A stretch of DNA of 64,000 nt. Origin: Mustelus asterias. Taxonomy: Eukaryota. Each line of letters starts with the position of its first letter. Position 1 is the first letter of the stretch. Location: assembly GCF_964213995.1 (NCBI RefSeq), contig NC_135816.1, positions 64,418,001 to 64,482,000 on the forward strand, given 5' to 3'. This document shows positions 23,513 through 36,433 of this stretch, piece after piece. Below the pieces are notes generated by a model. That model was not told the DNA's origin, made no database searches, and saw only the letters and a list, made by a program, of their open reading frames with translations. A program made the position numbers and the translations under genes.

Positions 23513-24480
23513 TAGAACATAGAACATAGAACATAGAAAGCCACAGCACAAACAGGCCCTTCGGCCCACAAGTTGCGCTGATCATATCCCTACCTCTAGG
23601 CCTATCTATAGCCCTCAATCCCATTAAATCCCATGTACTCATCCAGAAGTCTCTTAAAAGACCCCAACGAGTTTGCCTCCACCACCACCGACGTCAGCCG
23701 ATTCCACTCACCCACCACCCTCTGAGTGAAAAACTTACCCCTGACATCTCCTCTGTACCTACCCCCCAGCACCTTAAACCTGTGTCCTCTCGTAGCAACC
23801 ATTTCAGCCCTTGGAAATAGCCTCTGAGAGTCTACCCTATCCAGACCTCTCAACATCTTGTAAACCTCTATCAGGTCACCTCTCATCCTTCGTCTCTCTA
23901 GGGAGAAGAGACCAAGCTCCCTCAACCTATCCTCATAAGGCATGCCCCCCAATCCAGGCAACATCCTTGTAAATCTCCTCTGCACCCTTTCAATGGCTTC
24001 AACATCTTTCCTGTAATGAGGTGACCAGAACTGCGCGCAGTACTCCAAGTGGGGTCTAACCAGGGTCCTATAAAGCTGCAGCATTATCTCCCGACTCCTA
24101 AACTCAATCCCTCGATTAATGAAGGCTAGTACGCCGTACGCCTTCTTGACCGCATCCTCCACCTGCGAGGCCGATTTAAGAGTCCTATGGACCCGGACCC
24201 CAAGGTCCTTCTGATCCTCTACACTGCTAAGAATGGTACCGTTCATATTATACTGCTGCTTCATCCCATTGGATCTGCCAAAATGGATCACTACACACTT
24301 ATCCGGGTTGAAGTCCATCTGCCACTTCTCCGCCCAGTCTTGCATTCTATCTATGTCTCGCTGCAACTTCTGACATCCCTCCAAACTAACCACAACACCA
24401 CCTACCTTGGTGTCGTCAGCAAACTTACCAACCCATCCCTCCACTTCCTCATCCAGGTCATTTATGAAAATGACAAACAG
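23513..24480 (-). mobile_element. Young 5'-truncated CR1 with open 280-aa ORF2 end
   Basis: ORF 23602-24444; (AGAACAT)n tail; splits a SINE head (gcacagtggtaat | ttactggactag). Confidence 0.93.
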
Positions 24481-25199
24481 TTACTGGACTAGAAATCTTG
24501 AGGACTGCACTAATGAGTACATGTCCCATGAGGGCAGCTAATTAATTAATAAATGTGAAATGAAAAGCTCGTCTCATTAATAATAACCATGAAATCACCA
24601 GTCTTCTAAAAAACCATCTAGTTCACTCATGTCTTTCAGGGGAGAAATCTACCTTTTTTGCCATGTCTGGCCTACATGTGACTCCAGACTCTAATACTGT
24701 AAATTCAGTTTTTGCACTGGTTTCACTGGGCTGACATTGTTATATTCACCATATCATATTTTACCTTATGGTAGCACCATTGTTGACAGAGCTGGCAGTG
24801 TCCTGATACACATATCAGCCAGACTGGGCCTGTGGTAAGTGATGAGAAACACAGAGTGAAACCTATTTAATCTCACCTTCGCCAATCTACCTGTCACACG
24901 GCAGTGTTAGTAGGTGTTACTTGTGGAGACAAAGCCACATCTTCACCTTGAGGATACCATACATTGCGTTGTCTGGCAGTACCACTGTGCTAAGTGGGAT
25001 AGATTCAGAGCAGATTTCGCAGCTCAAAATTAGGAATCCATGGGACACTGTGGGCCATCAACAGTAGCAGAATTGTATTTGACAATAATCTGTAACCTCA
25101 TGGCTTGGCGTATCTCCATTAGGCATGTCTAAAAATGAGGCGTCAACTTGCTGAAATTACATATCGATGATCCATCCAGCTGGCATCTGTTGTCCACAT

Positions 25200-26357
25200 G
25201 GATCAAGTGATGCAGATATCACTTAGACCATTGACTCGAACAATGAGATGAGCCAGGAGGTGCCAATGCTTTGAAAGAGGATACCCCCATATGGTTTTGT
25301 AAGTGCTGGTCCGTCTTGGTGTTCCACCAATTTCTGCAGTCTTGTAAAGAATTCTGTAACTGGTTCCCCAGAATGGCTATTCGCTGTGTTATACCTGTAG
25401 CGCTGCAATATAACAGATGGTTTAGGGTTCGCTATCAAATCTATCAGTTCATTAAAGGATTCTGAATCTGAGGCTGCAGGGTAGGTTAAATTCTTTATGA
25501 CATTGAAAGTTGGGGTCCCACAAGCAATCAGCAGGATGACTTTTTGCCAGTCGTTCCCTTCTATCCCGTTTTCCTGGAAGAAGTATTTAACCCATTCAGC
25601 CCACTAGGGCTAATCCTCCACATGATTCCAATTTTTGCGATTCCAATTTTTCGAACAGCGGCATTTTAAAATCTCCCCGTTACAGTTTTACCAGGTTCAT
25701 TGAAAGATAAGGTTATCCAAAACTTTCCTCGTTCCTCGTCGCCAATGTAATAACTCAGGAAACTCAACTGGAAAAGAATGGTATTTATTGTAAAACACAA
25801 TATAAAGCCATTACCCCATGGCGTACGTACATTAGTCTCAACTTTCTTTTTTATTTAAAAAATTCATCCAAATACATTGCAATCCAAATATATTATAATT
25901 ACCCAATGATGAATTATTAAGATAACAAGCTGATATAATTACAATATCAACAAAAATATACCTTCCTTAATATAGCAGGAAATAAACTCTCAATGAAAAT
26001 GGAGTCCATTGTCAGTTAAATTATCTGCCACCTTTCGGGTTTCGCCTTCCAATGTTACGCCTTCCGGGGTAATGCCGTCCGAGGTTATGCCGTCAGGGGT
26101 TTCACTGTCTGGGGTTTCGCCGTCTGGGATCTCGCCTTCTAGGACACACGAGTCCTAACCTGGACAACATTTCTCACACAAGTCCCAAGCAGGACAATAG
26201 TTCTGCAGACCCATCCCGGTCTCTGCCTTATAAAGGGCTCCAGTGCCGAGTTCCACCTGGGGGCAGGGCATTGACGATACCAAGGGGACTCCTATTGAAC
26301 GAACCCCAGAGGGAGATCAATTAGAGATTCCCCATGAAGCTCATGGGGGTTATTACA
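25200..26357 (-). mobile_element. Gypsy (probable Mag-type) remnant 1: 5' LTR, PBS, gag fragment
   Basis: LTR 25746-26357 with TGTAATA/TATTACA ends, minus-strand TGGCGACGAGG PBS, degenerate gag (NPKPSVILQRYRY). Confidence 0.75.
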
Positions 26358-27214
26358 GATATCACTCAGGCTCAAGTCACATCATCATAACACCCTTAAA
26401 TTAGTCAGGTCTCTGCTGACCATTCTAGGATGGTCAAAATTTAAAATTCTTTAACCAGTCTGCATTTTGAATTGTGCTGTCAGTTTGAAACACGAAGAAG
26501 CAAGAGAGTCCTTTGCACACTGAAGACAACAAAGAGAGAAGGTTGAAGGATGATCCGTTGTGTTACAGACAGCAGATCTTACCACCTGGCCATTAGCAGA
26601 AGGTGTTTTGAGTTTTTAAAATACCCTTTGGATTTTTCTGTGATCCAATTAATAATCCATGGCAAACTCAAGTTAGGATTAACTCAGAAGTTTATATTTA
26701 TTTCACATTCAAGAAACTGGGGGAGAGGTGTCCTCAATGCCCCACTCCAGCACACACACTTACATGCAGAAGAAGGGGACAGAAAAAAACGACAAGGATA
26801 CTGAAATGAATATTAGTTCACGTGTGTTCTGGAGTCCAAAGCCAAAACCTAATGAAGAATTCTTTCACATTGGCATTCAAGTGGGCAGCAGGGTGGCACA
26901 CAGTGGTTAGCACTGTGTCAGGGACCCGGGTTCGATTCCCGGCTTGGGTCACTGTCTGCGCAGAGTCTGCATGTTCTACCCGTGTCTGCGTGGGTTTCCT
27001 CCGGGTGCTCTGGTTTCCTCCCACAGTCAAAAAAGACGTGCTGGTTAGGTGCTTTGACCATGCTAAATTCTCCCAAACAGGCGCTGGAGTCTGGTGACCA
27101 GGGGATTTTCACAGTAACTTCATTGCAATGTTAATGTAAGCCTACTTGTGACAATAATAAATAAACTTTAAACTCAAGTTCAGCTGGCTGAAGATTGGGA
27201 TTGTATTATTCATT

Positions 27215-30020
27215 TTTCAGTTGCTGCTGACACTACAAGAAGAGGTAGTATGCTGAGACTTTACTGGTTCTGTAGGCGATGGCACAAAATCTTCCAGCAA
27301 AGACAGGCTAGGTGAGCAGATGGTTGTTTTGCCTGGAGGAGCCTGCTTCTCACCAGACTGAATAGTTCTCAGTTCACAAAGGCATATAGGAACTTTAAAA
27401 TGGCCACTTGAGTCATGTGATCTTACTTCTCCACAATGACTTTGAAAGGAGTGTTTATCCAAGGATCCTGGAGGCATACGCGATGAGCTCCTGCGTCCAG
27501 CGTCCAGTGATGTGACAGCAGTGCAACAACCCCGTATGAGGAAGTGTCAAAGGCTAGGATAAGTTCTCTCTTAGGGTCAAAATGGGTCAGTAAGTTGGAT
27601 GACAGTAACTGATGTTGAGCCTTAGAAAAAGCCTCTGCCTGTGGCACTTCCCAAAACCATCTATGGTTTTTTTCATAGTGGGGCCTGCATGGAAGCCAAA
27701 TTTGGGATAAATTTTCCGTAATAATTGACCAACCTTAGGAAGGATTTGAACTCGGTGGTGTTTCTTGGGGACGGTGCCTCCTTGATGCTCTTTACTTTAT
27801 CATCTACCGGACGTAACCTCTTACCATCTACTCAGCAGCCTAAATAGGTTACTTCAGCCACCTGGAAAATGCATTTCTCCCTTTTCAAGCAAACTCCTGC
27901 CCTGGAAAATCGCTGCAGACTTTGTCTCGGCTAGCCAGGTGTTCCTGTTCTGAAGCCCCTGTGACCAAGACATTATCTAAGTATGCTGCTACCTTGGGTA
28001 GCCCTTGAAGGATGTTATTCATAACTCTTTGGAAGATAGCACATGCCAATGGGACCCTGAAAGCCAAACAGATATTTTCATAAAGTCCTTCATGTGTGTT
28101 GATTGTCACCTATTTCTGGGAGGATTTGTCCAATTCAAGCTAGAGATGGGTGTGGCTCACATCCAATTTAGAGAATATCTTGCCACCTGTTAATTTGGCG
28201 TTCAGATTTTCGATCTGGGGCCTAGCGTACCTATCGAGTTTGGAGACCCGATTGACCATCAGTTTATAGTCTCTGCAAAGATGAACTGACTTGTCAGGCT
28301 TAAGAACAGGAACTACAGGCGCAGCCCATTTTGCAAATTGCCCTTATTTTACCCAAGTTTTCCAGGCGCCCTAGTTCAGTTTCTATCTTCTTCAGCATGG
28401 AGAAAGGAACTGGCCAGGCTCTGAAGTACCCAGGTGTAGCATTGGGGGTCAACATTGATTTAAGCTTTGGCTCCTTCTATTTTCCCCAGGCCCTCCTGCA
28501 AAACATTAGGGCATCTACTGATAACCTCGTGCAGTCCCCCCACGCCTAGCCTGAAGATTTCCAACCAGTTGAGCCGAATCTGCTGGAGCCAATCTCTCCT
28601 CATAAAGCTTAGTCTGTGTCCCCTTACAACAATGCGTGGGAGGTGAGCTGATTACTGTCTATAAGTCAGTAGGGCCACTGTGGCACCTCTTATTTGTAAA
28701 GGAGCCGCTGTGTAGGTGGCTAGCCTGGCCTTTGTATCTTCCAACCTCAGGAGTTGGATTCCCGATAATGGCTCTCGTGTTCACCTCCATCCTCAACGGA
28801 TAACCATTCACTAATAAATCCACCATTATCGGGTTATGTCATTGGTACAATACAATTCAATTGTAGTGTCCCTGTCTCTGGAAGAGTGGATACGTGCATG
28901 TTTCACTCAGGTACCAGCCTTGGCTTCCTTCCTGTGCATTTTGCCTGTTCCTGACACATTGCTGTGACTGTGACTTTTGACAGTGCTTGCAGTAATCTGT
29001 CAACTGGCAACTACACCCTCCTGGAGTATGTTCTTCAATAGTCTTGTCGGGATAGCTGTTCCTTAACTGTCTAGTAGTGACATTAGGGTTCCTATATTAG
29101 ATTGGGCCCCTTAATACCTGATTGACACAAGCATTCTGCTTTAAGGACTGGTTGCATGAGGTGCCTTCCCCTAGTTGGAAGACATTGCTGCCTGATGCCC
29201 CTTTTTTTCATGTTCTCAAGTGACAAGGCAGCATTTTTTTAAAGTTCAAATTGGATTCTGTCAACAGTTTCTTTTGGATGGTTATGCCACATACCGATCT
29301 TTCCCGCAGCATTTCATTAAGAGGTGGTCCAAATTCGCAGTGTTCAGTAAGGTTCTGCAACCCAGCCAAGAATCCAGTGACAGGTTCTCCAGAGGTTTTC
29401 CCAGCCACGTTGGAACAATATCGCTGGAGAATTTCCAGGGGTTTCAGGTCATCATGGTTTTATTTTTACGGGTCTACCAGTTCATTCGAAGTTTTTGAGT
29501 CAGGGACATCTGGATAGGTCAGATTTCTTATCGCACTGAAAGTCGAGGCATTATATACTGTTATAACAATATCACTTTTTCTTTTCTTTTCCTTCTGTTG
29601 TCAGCTCAGAAGGTGTAATGCATGTTCTCAGTGTATTCCCCACTGGTGTCATAGGGCACAGGTTTCCCGAAAAGAGACATAACAGCTTTTTCTTAATGTG
29701 AAATTCTTGACATTTAGAGGTTGTTCAGAGCGAAAGACGGAGGAAAAATGAACTTTTCTCCTCGTCGCAGATGTAGTAATTCAGCCAAATGCTAGTTTCC
29801 CATCACCAACACCCTTTATTCTGCATCAAAGGAAAAGGCCGCTCCCGTGGCTTACAACCAGGCAGTCTTCACCTGGAGACCTACAACAAAGTTACAAGAT
29901 TAAAACCCCCCCATTGGCTGTTTCCCATTGGATGAGCCTTCAATAAGGCAGCTGGTATTCCACGAAGCCTACAGGTAGATCGATTAATGATTCCCTGTAG
30001 CCTTTGTGGTCATCATAACA
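27215..30020 (-). mobile_element. Gypsy remnant 2: LTR, gag, degenerate pol
   Basis: LTR about 29772-30020, PBS-like CGACGAGG, RT (AIFQRVM..YLDNVLVTG), RNase H (FDTSSYGV). Confidence 0.8.
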
Positions 30021-31189
30021 TTTGGGAAACATGTATACCCACTGTGTGTGGTGAGCCCCCAGCAGAGGGGTTGAGGATGTGTGGGTTAGGTGGATTGGCC
30101 ATGCTAAATTGCCCCTTAGTGTCAGGGGGACTAGCTAGGGTAAACATGGGTTATGGGGATAGGGCATGGTGGGATTGTGGTCGATGCAGACTCAATGGGC
30201 CAAATGGCCTCCTTCTTCACTGTAGGGATTCTATGACAGGATGGAGTGTGAGCAGCATTGTAGATAAGATGGTGGTGATGTGAAAGTATTCCTGATCAGT
30301 GGTATATGTGCCCTGTTTATGCTTGCGAAGAGAGAAACTCTTTGAGTACATGGTGCCATCCATGATTAGATATTGGAGGGAGGTGAATGGTTGACTTATC
30401 ATGATGCAATGGATGAGAACATTCCTCCTTTTCCTGCACTGGATGTGGGTGCCACCATGCTGATCTGCTCTGCTGTGGACTTGAAGGCTGGAGAGGTGAG
30501 GCTAGTGTGCTTCTTCGAGTCATCCCTGGAGTAAAGGACATCCCTGAGCTGCTGTATTCTTAACAAGGCCTGGATGTTGTCTTGGCGGAAGTGGGATGCA
30601 GCTTACTTCTTCTGTTTGGCAGCCATCTCTGCGGGTCTCCTGCAGACAGCCAGGCTCTAGAGACTGAAATGTATGTGCTCAGGTGGAGTTTAAATATGGC
30701 GGCTGGACCTTTGACCCCAATAGGTAGCGCAGGGCGAACGAATCAGCTCCCGACACACCGTGTGAGTCAGAGAGATACTCACCTGTGCATAATTAATGAG
30801 CTTCTGAATGTGGAATTGGGCGCAATTTCCCGCCACTCTGAGCAGCAGAAAAATGTGTTGTGGAACCCAGCCGCCACCGCACTTAACTTTGAAAGTGGAA
30901 AATTCCACCCTCCAAATTAAACTGGCAGTAGGACAAAGAGACGCTGGTTAAAACTCGTAAAGGTGTCAGGAAATTTCTCTGCATATAGAGAATGATCAAT
31001 GGAATAAACTTCCAGATAAAGTCACAAAGGCAAAAACACTGGAGTCATTTAAGAAATGGTTGGATTTTGCATTGTGAGGAATATTAGGACCTCTCTGGGT
31101 GGTGAATTAAGATGAATGCCAGGTCCTTCCTCATCTGTAATTATTTTGTGAGGATAGGTTTAGGTAATGTTGAGGTTCAGTGAAGAGAA

Positions 31190-32050
31190 CCTCATGCAGG
31201 AGGGCATGCCAGCACCAGACATATCTAAAAATGAGGTGTCAACCTGGTGAAGCTACAACGCAGGACTACTTGCCTGCCAAACATCATAAGCAGCAAGTGA
31301 TAAACAGAGATAAACGATCCCACAATTTACCTGGCAGGGGAGAGTCAATGATCAGGCAGGTTAATCTCCCAGGCTAGGGACGAGTCAATGAACAGAGAGC
31401 CAATGATGTTTAACCAAGGCATCGCCTGATGCAATTTTTCAAAGCCATCTCGGCCTTTTGGCTAAGATGAAGCAACAGATCAAGCCCAGGATGAGGTGCA
31501 ATGCCTCACCTTGTCAGCTTGGGCCTTGTTTGTCCCTCTTGTGGGGATCATGAATTTAATTGAATTTGAATTTGTATTGAAAAAAATTTGAAAAGAAAAA
31601 TAAGCGATTCCACAACTGGTGAATCTGATCTAATCTCTGCAGTCCGGCCACATTCAGCCGTGAATAGTGGTGGACAATTAAGCAACTCACTGGAGGAGAA
31701 ACTTCTAAAAGTACCTCCATCTTCAATGATGGGGGAACCCAGCACTCCAGTACTTTGCAACCACCTTCAGCCAAAAATCCAGAGTGGATGATCCTTTTTG
31801 GCCTCCTCCGAAGGTCACCAGCATCACAGCGGCTAGTCTTCAGACAATTCAATTCACACCATGTGACATCAGGAAAAGGCTGAAGGCACTGGATGCTGCA
31901 AAGGCTATGGGCCTTGACAATGCTCCAGAAGTTACTGCACCCCTAGCCAAACTTATTCCAGTGCAGCTGCTACACTGGCATCTACCCAGCATTGTGGAAA
32001 ATTGCCCAGGTATGTCTTATACACAAGAAACGGAGAAACCAACTCAGCCA
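31190..32050 (+). mobile_element. Degenerate non-LTR retrotransposon of unresolved family (related pieces at about 32780-33240, 41340-41575, 50450-50935, 61535-61970, 62920-63620)
   Basis: LKALDAAKAMGLD..APLAKL..WKIAQV pre-RT motifs; copies align with each other. Confidence 0.65.
31326..31600 (+). mobile_element. U1+U2 snRNA-headed SINE-like retroposon (SINEU-like)
   Basis: TTACCTGGCAGGGGAGA..ATGATCA matches U1 5' end; TCTCGGCCTTTTGGCTAAGAT matches U2 5' end; then body and A-rich tail; flanks TAAACGATCCCACAA (31311-31325) and TAAGCGATTCCACAA (31601-31615). Confidence 0.8.
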
Positions 32051-32059
32051 ATTAAAGCA

Positions 32060-32385
32060 CCAAAAACAGAAAATGCTGGAAAATTTCAGCAGGTCTGACA
32101 GCATCTGTGGGGAGAGAATAGAGCCAATGTTTCGAGTCTGGGTGACCATTCGTCAGAGCTGGAAAAGAGCAGTATTTCTTCAGGGAAGGCATTCCTGGAA
32201 GGGAAGTGGCAGTGAGTTAGACACGAAGATAAAAACTAAATACTGAGGATGCTGGAATCTGAAACAAGAACAGGAAATGCTGGGAAATCTCAGCAGCTCT
32301 ACTCTCTCTCCACAGATGCTGTCAAACCTGCTGAGATTTTCCGACATTTTCTGTTTTTGTTTCAGATTCCAGCGTCCGCAGTAAT
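32060..32385. mobile_element. Inverted repeat of a second probable Penelope-type family
   Basis: AAAACAGAAAATGCTGGAAAAT.TCAGCAGGTCTGACAGCATCTGTGG and its reverse complement; related pieces near 21055, 21290, 35205 and 58590. Confidence 0.55.
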
Positions 32386-33468
32386 CAGCCAATTACAGAA
32401 TTTCTTTTCTCTCAGTGAGAGTCAAGCTGTTGTGCTGAAAGCAGATGAAGTTGTTGTGTTCAACTCCGGAAATTCTACTGTAAACTAGAAGTGTTTCCAA
32501 AAGAAAACTACAGGTCCTATGTGGTAATTATTTGCTGGATTTGACTCATGGTGTTAAAACCTATGGGATGTTGTTTTGGGGGATGTGTAATCTCGGAGTT
32601 TAGGAAAGTAGATAGATTTGGATTGGTAGGGGATGTAATTCAAATACACTGTCTGGGTAACCATTAATTGTAGTTAATTGTAAATGTTGTTCTTTACTGT
32701 TGCCTTTCTCATTGTATGTTTTAAAGTTGAATAAACATTTTGTTATTTGAATAATTTACAAGACTGATCCCTTTCGTCACCCTGACTCCCCAGTGCCTGA
32801 ACACCATCTACAAGGCACATGGCAGGAGTGCGGCTCCAAAAACACTCAAGAAGCTCAATACCACCCAGCACAAAGCAGCCCATTTGATTGGTATCCCTCC
32901 CACAAATATTCACAGCAGCAGTGTGTGTACCATCTACAAGATGCACTGCAGGAACTCACCAAGGCTCCTCAGACAACCCCTTCCAAACCCACGACCGCTA
33001 TCACCTAGAAGGACAAGGGCAGCAAGGGAACACCACCACTTGCAAGTTCCCCTCCAAGCCACTCACCATCATGACTTGGAAATATATCATTGTTTCTTCA
33101 CTGTTGCTTGGTCAAGTTCCACCCTCACTGCACGGTTGGTGTACCTACGCCTCAGGGACTGCAGCAGTTCAAGATGGCAGCTCACAACCAGTTTCTGACT
33201 TTGCCAATGAAGCTCACATCCCTTGAATGAATTATTTAAAAAATCTGAACTTTTGTCCTGTTAAAATTACTAATCCATTTCCTTTATTTCTGGATTATGA
33301 CATGGAGCTGACAGATCTGAGTTATACTGCTGTGCACGAGTTTGATAAGACTCAAAGGAAAGTGCCCTCTCAGAATCTAGTTATTGGGAACATTTAGTTT
33401 ATTTCTGGACAAACTTAAAATAAAAAATAAATTTGTGCAAAGTGTCAGATTCTCAGTGATCTATGACC

Positions 33469-34891
33469 NNNNNNNNNNNNNNNNNNNNNNNNNNNNNNNN
33501 NNNNNNNNNNNNNNNNNNNNNNNNNNNNNNNNNNNNNNNNNNNNNNNNNNNNNNNNNNNNNNNNNNNNNNNNNNNNNNNNNNNNNNNNNNNNNNNNNNNN
33601 NNNNNNNNNNNNNNNNNNNNNNAGACACACACAAATACGGACACACACACAGACACACACACACACAAATACGGACACACACACACACACACACAGACAC
33701 ACACACAAATACAGACACGCACACACACACAAATACGGACACACACAAATACAGACACACACACAGACACAAATACGGACACAAACACACACACACGCAA
33801 ATACGGACACACACACACAGACACACACACACAGGCACACAAATACAGACACAAGCACACACACAGACACACAAACAAATACGGACACATACACACAAAC
33901 AAATACGGACACACACACACACACAAATACGGACACACAGACACACACACACACACAAATACGGACACACACACAAATACGGACACACACACACACACAA
34001 ATACGGAAACACACACACACACAAATACGGACACACANNNNNNNNNNNNNNNNNNNNNNNNNNNNNNNNNNNNNNNNNNNNNNNNNNNNNNNNNNNNNNN
34101 NNNNNNNNNNNNNNNNNNNNNNNNNNNNNNNNNNNNNNNNNNNNNNNNNNNNNNNNNNNNNNNNNNNNNNNNNNNNNNNNNNNNNNNNNNNCACACCCAC
34201 ACACACAAATACGGACACACACACAAATATGGACACACACACAAATATGGACACACACACAAATACGGACACACACACACACAAATATGGACACACACAC
34301 AAATACGGACACACACACAAATATGGACACACACACACACAAATATGGACACACACACACACAAATACGGATACACACACAAATACGGACACACACACAC
34401 ACAAATACGGACACACACACACAAATACGGACACACACACACACACAAATATGGACGCACAGACAGACACACATAAAGACACTCCATACAAAGACACACA
34501 CACAGACACACAGACATACGGACANNNNNNNNNNNNNNNNNNNNNNNNNNNNNNNNNNNNNNNNNNNNNNNNNNNNNNNNNNNNNNNNNNNNNNNNNNNN
34601 NNNNNNNNNNNNNNNNNNNNNNNNNNNNNNNNNNNNNNNNNNNNNNNNNNNNNNNNNNNNNNNNNNNNNNNNNNNNNNCACAAATATGGACACACACACA
34701 CAAATACAGACGCACATAAAGANNNNNNNNNNNNNNNNNNNNNNNNNNNNNNNNNNNNNNNNNNNNNNNNNNNNNNNNNNNNNNNNNNNNNNNNNNNNNN
34801 NNNNNNNNNNNNNNNNNNNNNNNNNNNNNNNNNNNNNNNNNNNNNNNNNNNNNNNNNNNNNNNNNNNNNNNNNNNNNNNNNNNNNNNNNNN
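33469..34891. other. Assembly gaps 33469-33622, 34038-34191, 34525-34678 (154 N each) and 34723-34891 (169 N)
   Basis: N runs. Confidence 0.99.
33623..34722. repeat. CA-rich satellite ACAAATA(C/T)GGAC(AC)n
   Basis: Directly visible; flanked and broken by N gaps. Confidence 0.97.
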
Positions 34892-35619
34892 NCAGAGTTC
34901 ACAGTTTAGAAGAGTTGTTGATGGTGTAATTACAGGGCTGCTGACCACATTTGTTCCTCTCCTAAAATACTTTGAGATTTCTCTCTTTATAAGAAAATGG
35001 GTCTGAACTGTTACTTTTACACAACCGCAACTTTCTGCAATTTCACTTCCCCATATGTGTACAGCACCTGTCAGAACTTCATAAACTCCTCTACAGTAAA
35101 TGAGGTGCAGTCACTGTTGTAAGAAATTGTGCTGCTAATTTGTGCACAGCAACATTCCAAAAACAGCAATGCAATAATGGCCAGATAATCTGTTGAGTGA
35201 AATAGAAATTCTGCAAATACTCAGCAGGTCAGGCAGCATCAGCGGGGTGAGAAAGAGAGTCAACATTTCAGCTCAATGAAATTTTTGCAGTTCTGATGAA
35301 AAGTCATTGACCAGAAAAGAATGGGTTGTAACCTCTGAGATTCCCAGCATTGCACTGGGGAGTTACCCCAAAAACGCGCTGGGAAATCCTCCTCAGAGCT
35401 TCTTTCTAGGTAAGGTTTGCATTTAGTTGCCCAGAAGTGCAAACGTCCCCTGAGCAATTGCCGTGGCACCGGAAACTCATGAAAATGTGATGAATATCAT
35501 AAACTTCAGATGGTTCTGACTGAGTCACATCAAGTTACCCAGAAATAGTTAGAATGAAAGCTACTTTGAACTTCTGGGTAACTATTGTACAGACCCAGAC
35601 CACTCTCCTCCATGGATTC

Positions 35620-36433
35620 TGTAGCAGGGGGTACAGAAACCCCTAGGATTTTGAAGACTATTAAAACAAAGTAGACAAGTTTAGAATAGGGATCACAGTG
35701 TGCCTTATATGTACCAATAAGGAATCACAAAGTGCCTCATGTATATCACGTGAAGATTTTGTCTGCATAGACATATATAATCATTGGCAGAGAATTTTAA
35801 CTAAGTATGGTAGATTTAAAATGTCTTGTAAGCTTTGACCAAGATGCAGCCTGTCCCAAAGCATAATGGGAAATGGACTAGACAGGCCACATTCCTTGGA
35901 AACAAGAAGGGACAGAATGTATTCACTCTTATCAGTAGAAAACTTTGCAGCTGCAAGCGACCAAGGTTTTAAAATGAATAGAGGCATTTAGCTTGTGGCT
36001 GCAGTGAATAGACGTATTCAGCTTTTGCTGATAAGGGGTAACTAGCAGCCAGAGTAACATGACTCCCTATCCGTTCCCATGGTTTTCAGGTGGTGAAGGT
36101 GACCCCTGAACCCAGCGGATTTGTGTAGATAGGTTGCTAGGCAATGGGGGAAAGAACTTCTAGGTCCAGTTGACCAATGAATTCCTAATTCTGCTAGAGG
36201 GTAGAATGCTATTGGCCAAGGTAAATAATGTGTATTAATGTGATTGGATCATCCAGTTTGGATGACAGGTTGGGCAGGAGAAACGAACCTTTGAAAAGGT
36301 TTTACACGTGTACTGTAACGTCAGAGAGAAGTTAGAATCCTCTGGCTGTCTCTCTCCCAATGCGTATTGGTCAAAGAAAGAACCTCTTTAACTGCATACT
36401 GTCTTTCACGAGTCTTTGTATTAGCTGGATTCA
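35620..36433. mobile_element. Probable solo LTR
   Basis: TG...CA ends flanked by GATTC direct repeats (35615-35619 and 36434-36438); no ORF. Confidence 0.55.

Noticed and set aside
31326-31472. Functional U1 or U2 snRNA genes
   Set aside because: Truncated and diverged, no Sm site or 3' stem-loops, embedded in a TSD-flanked insertion.
33384-35006. HT/CV-rich ORFs of 200-540 aa
   Set aside because: CA satellite plus N gaps.
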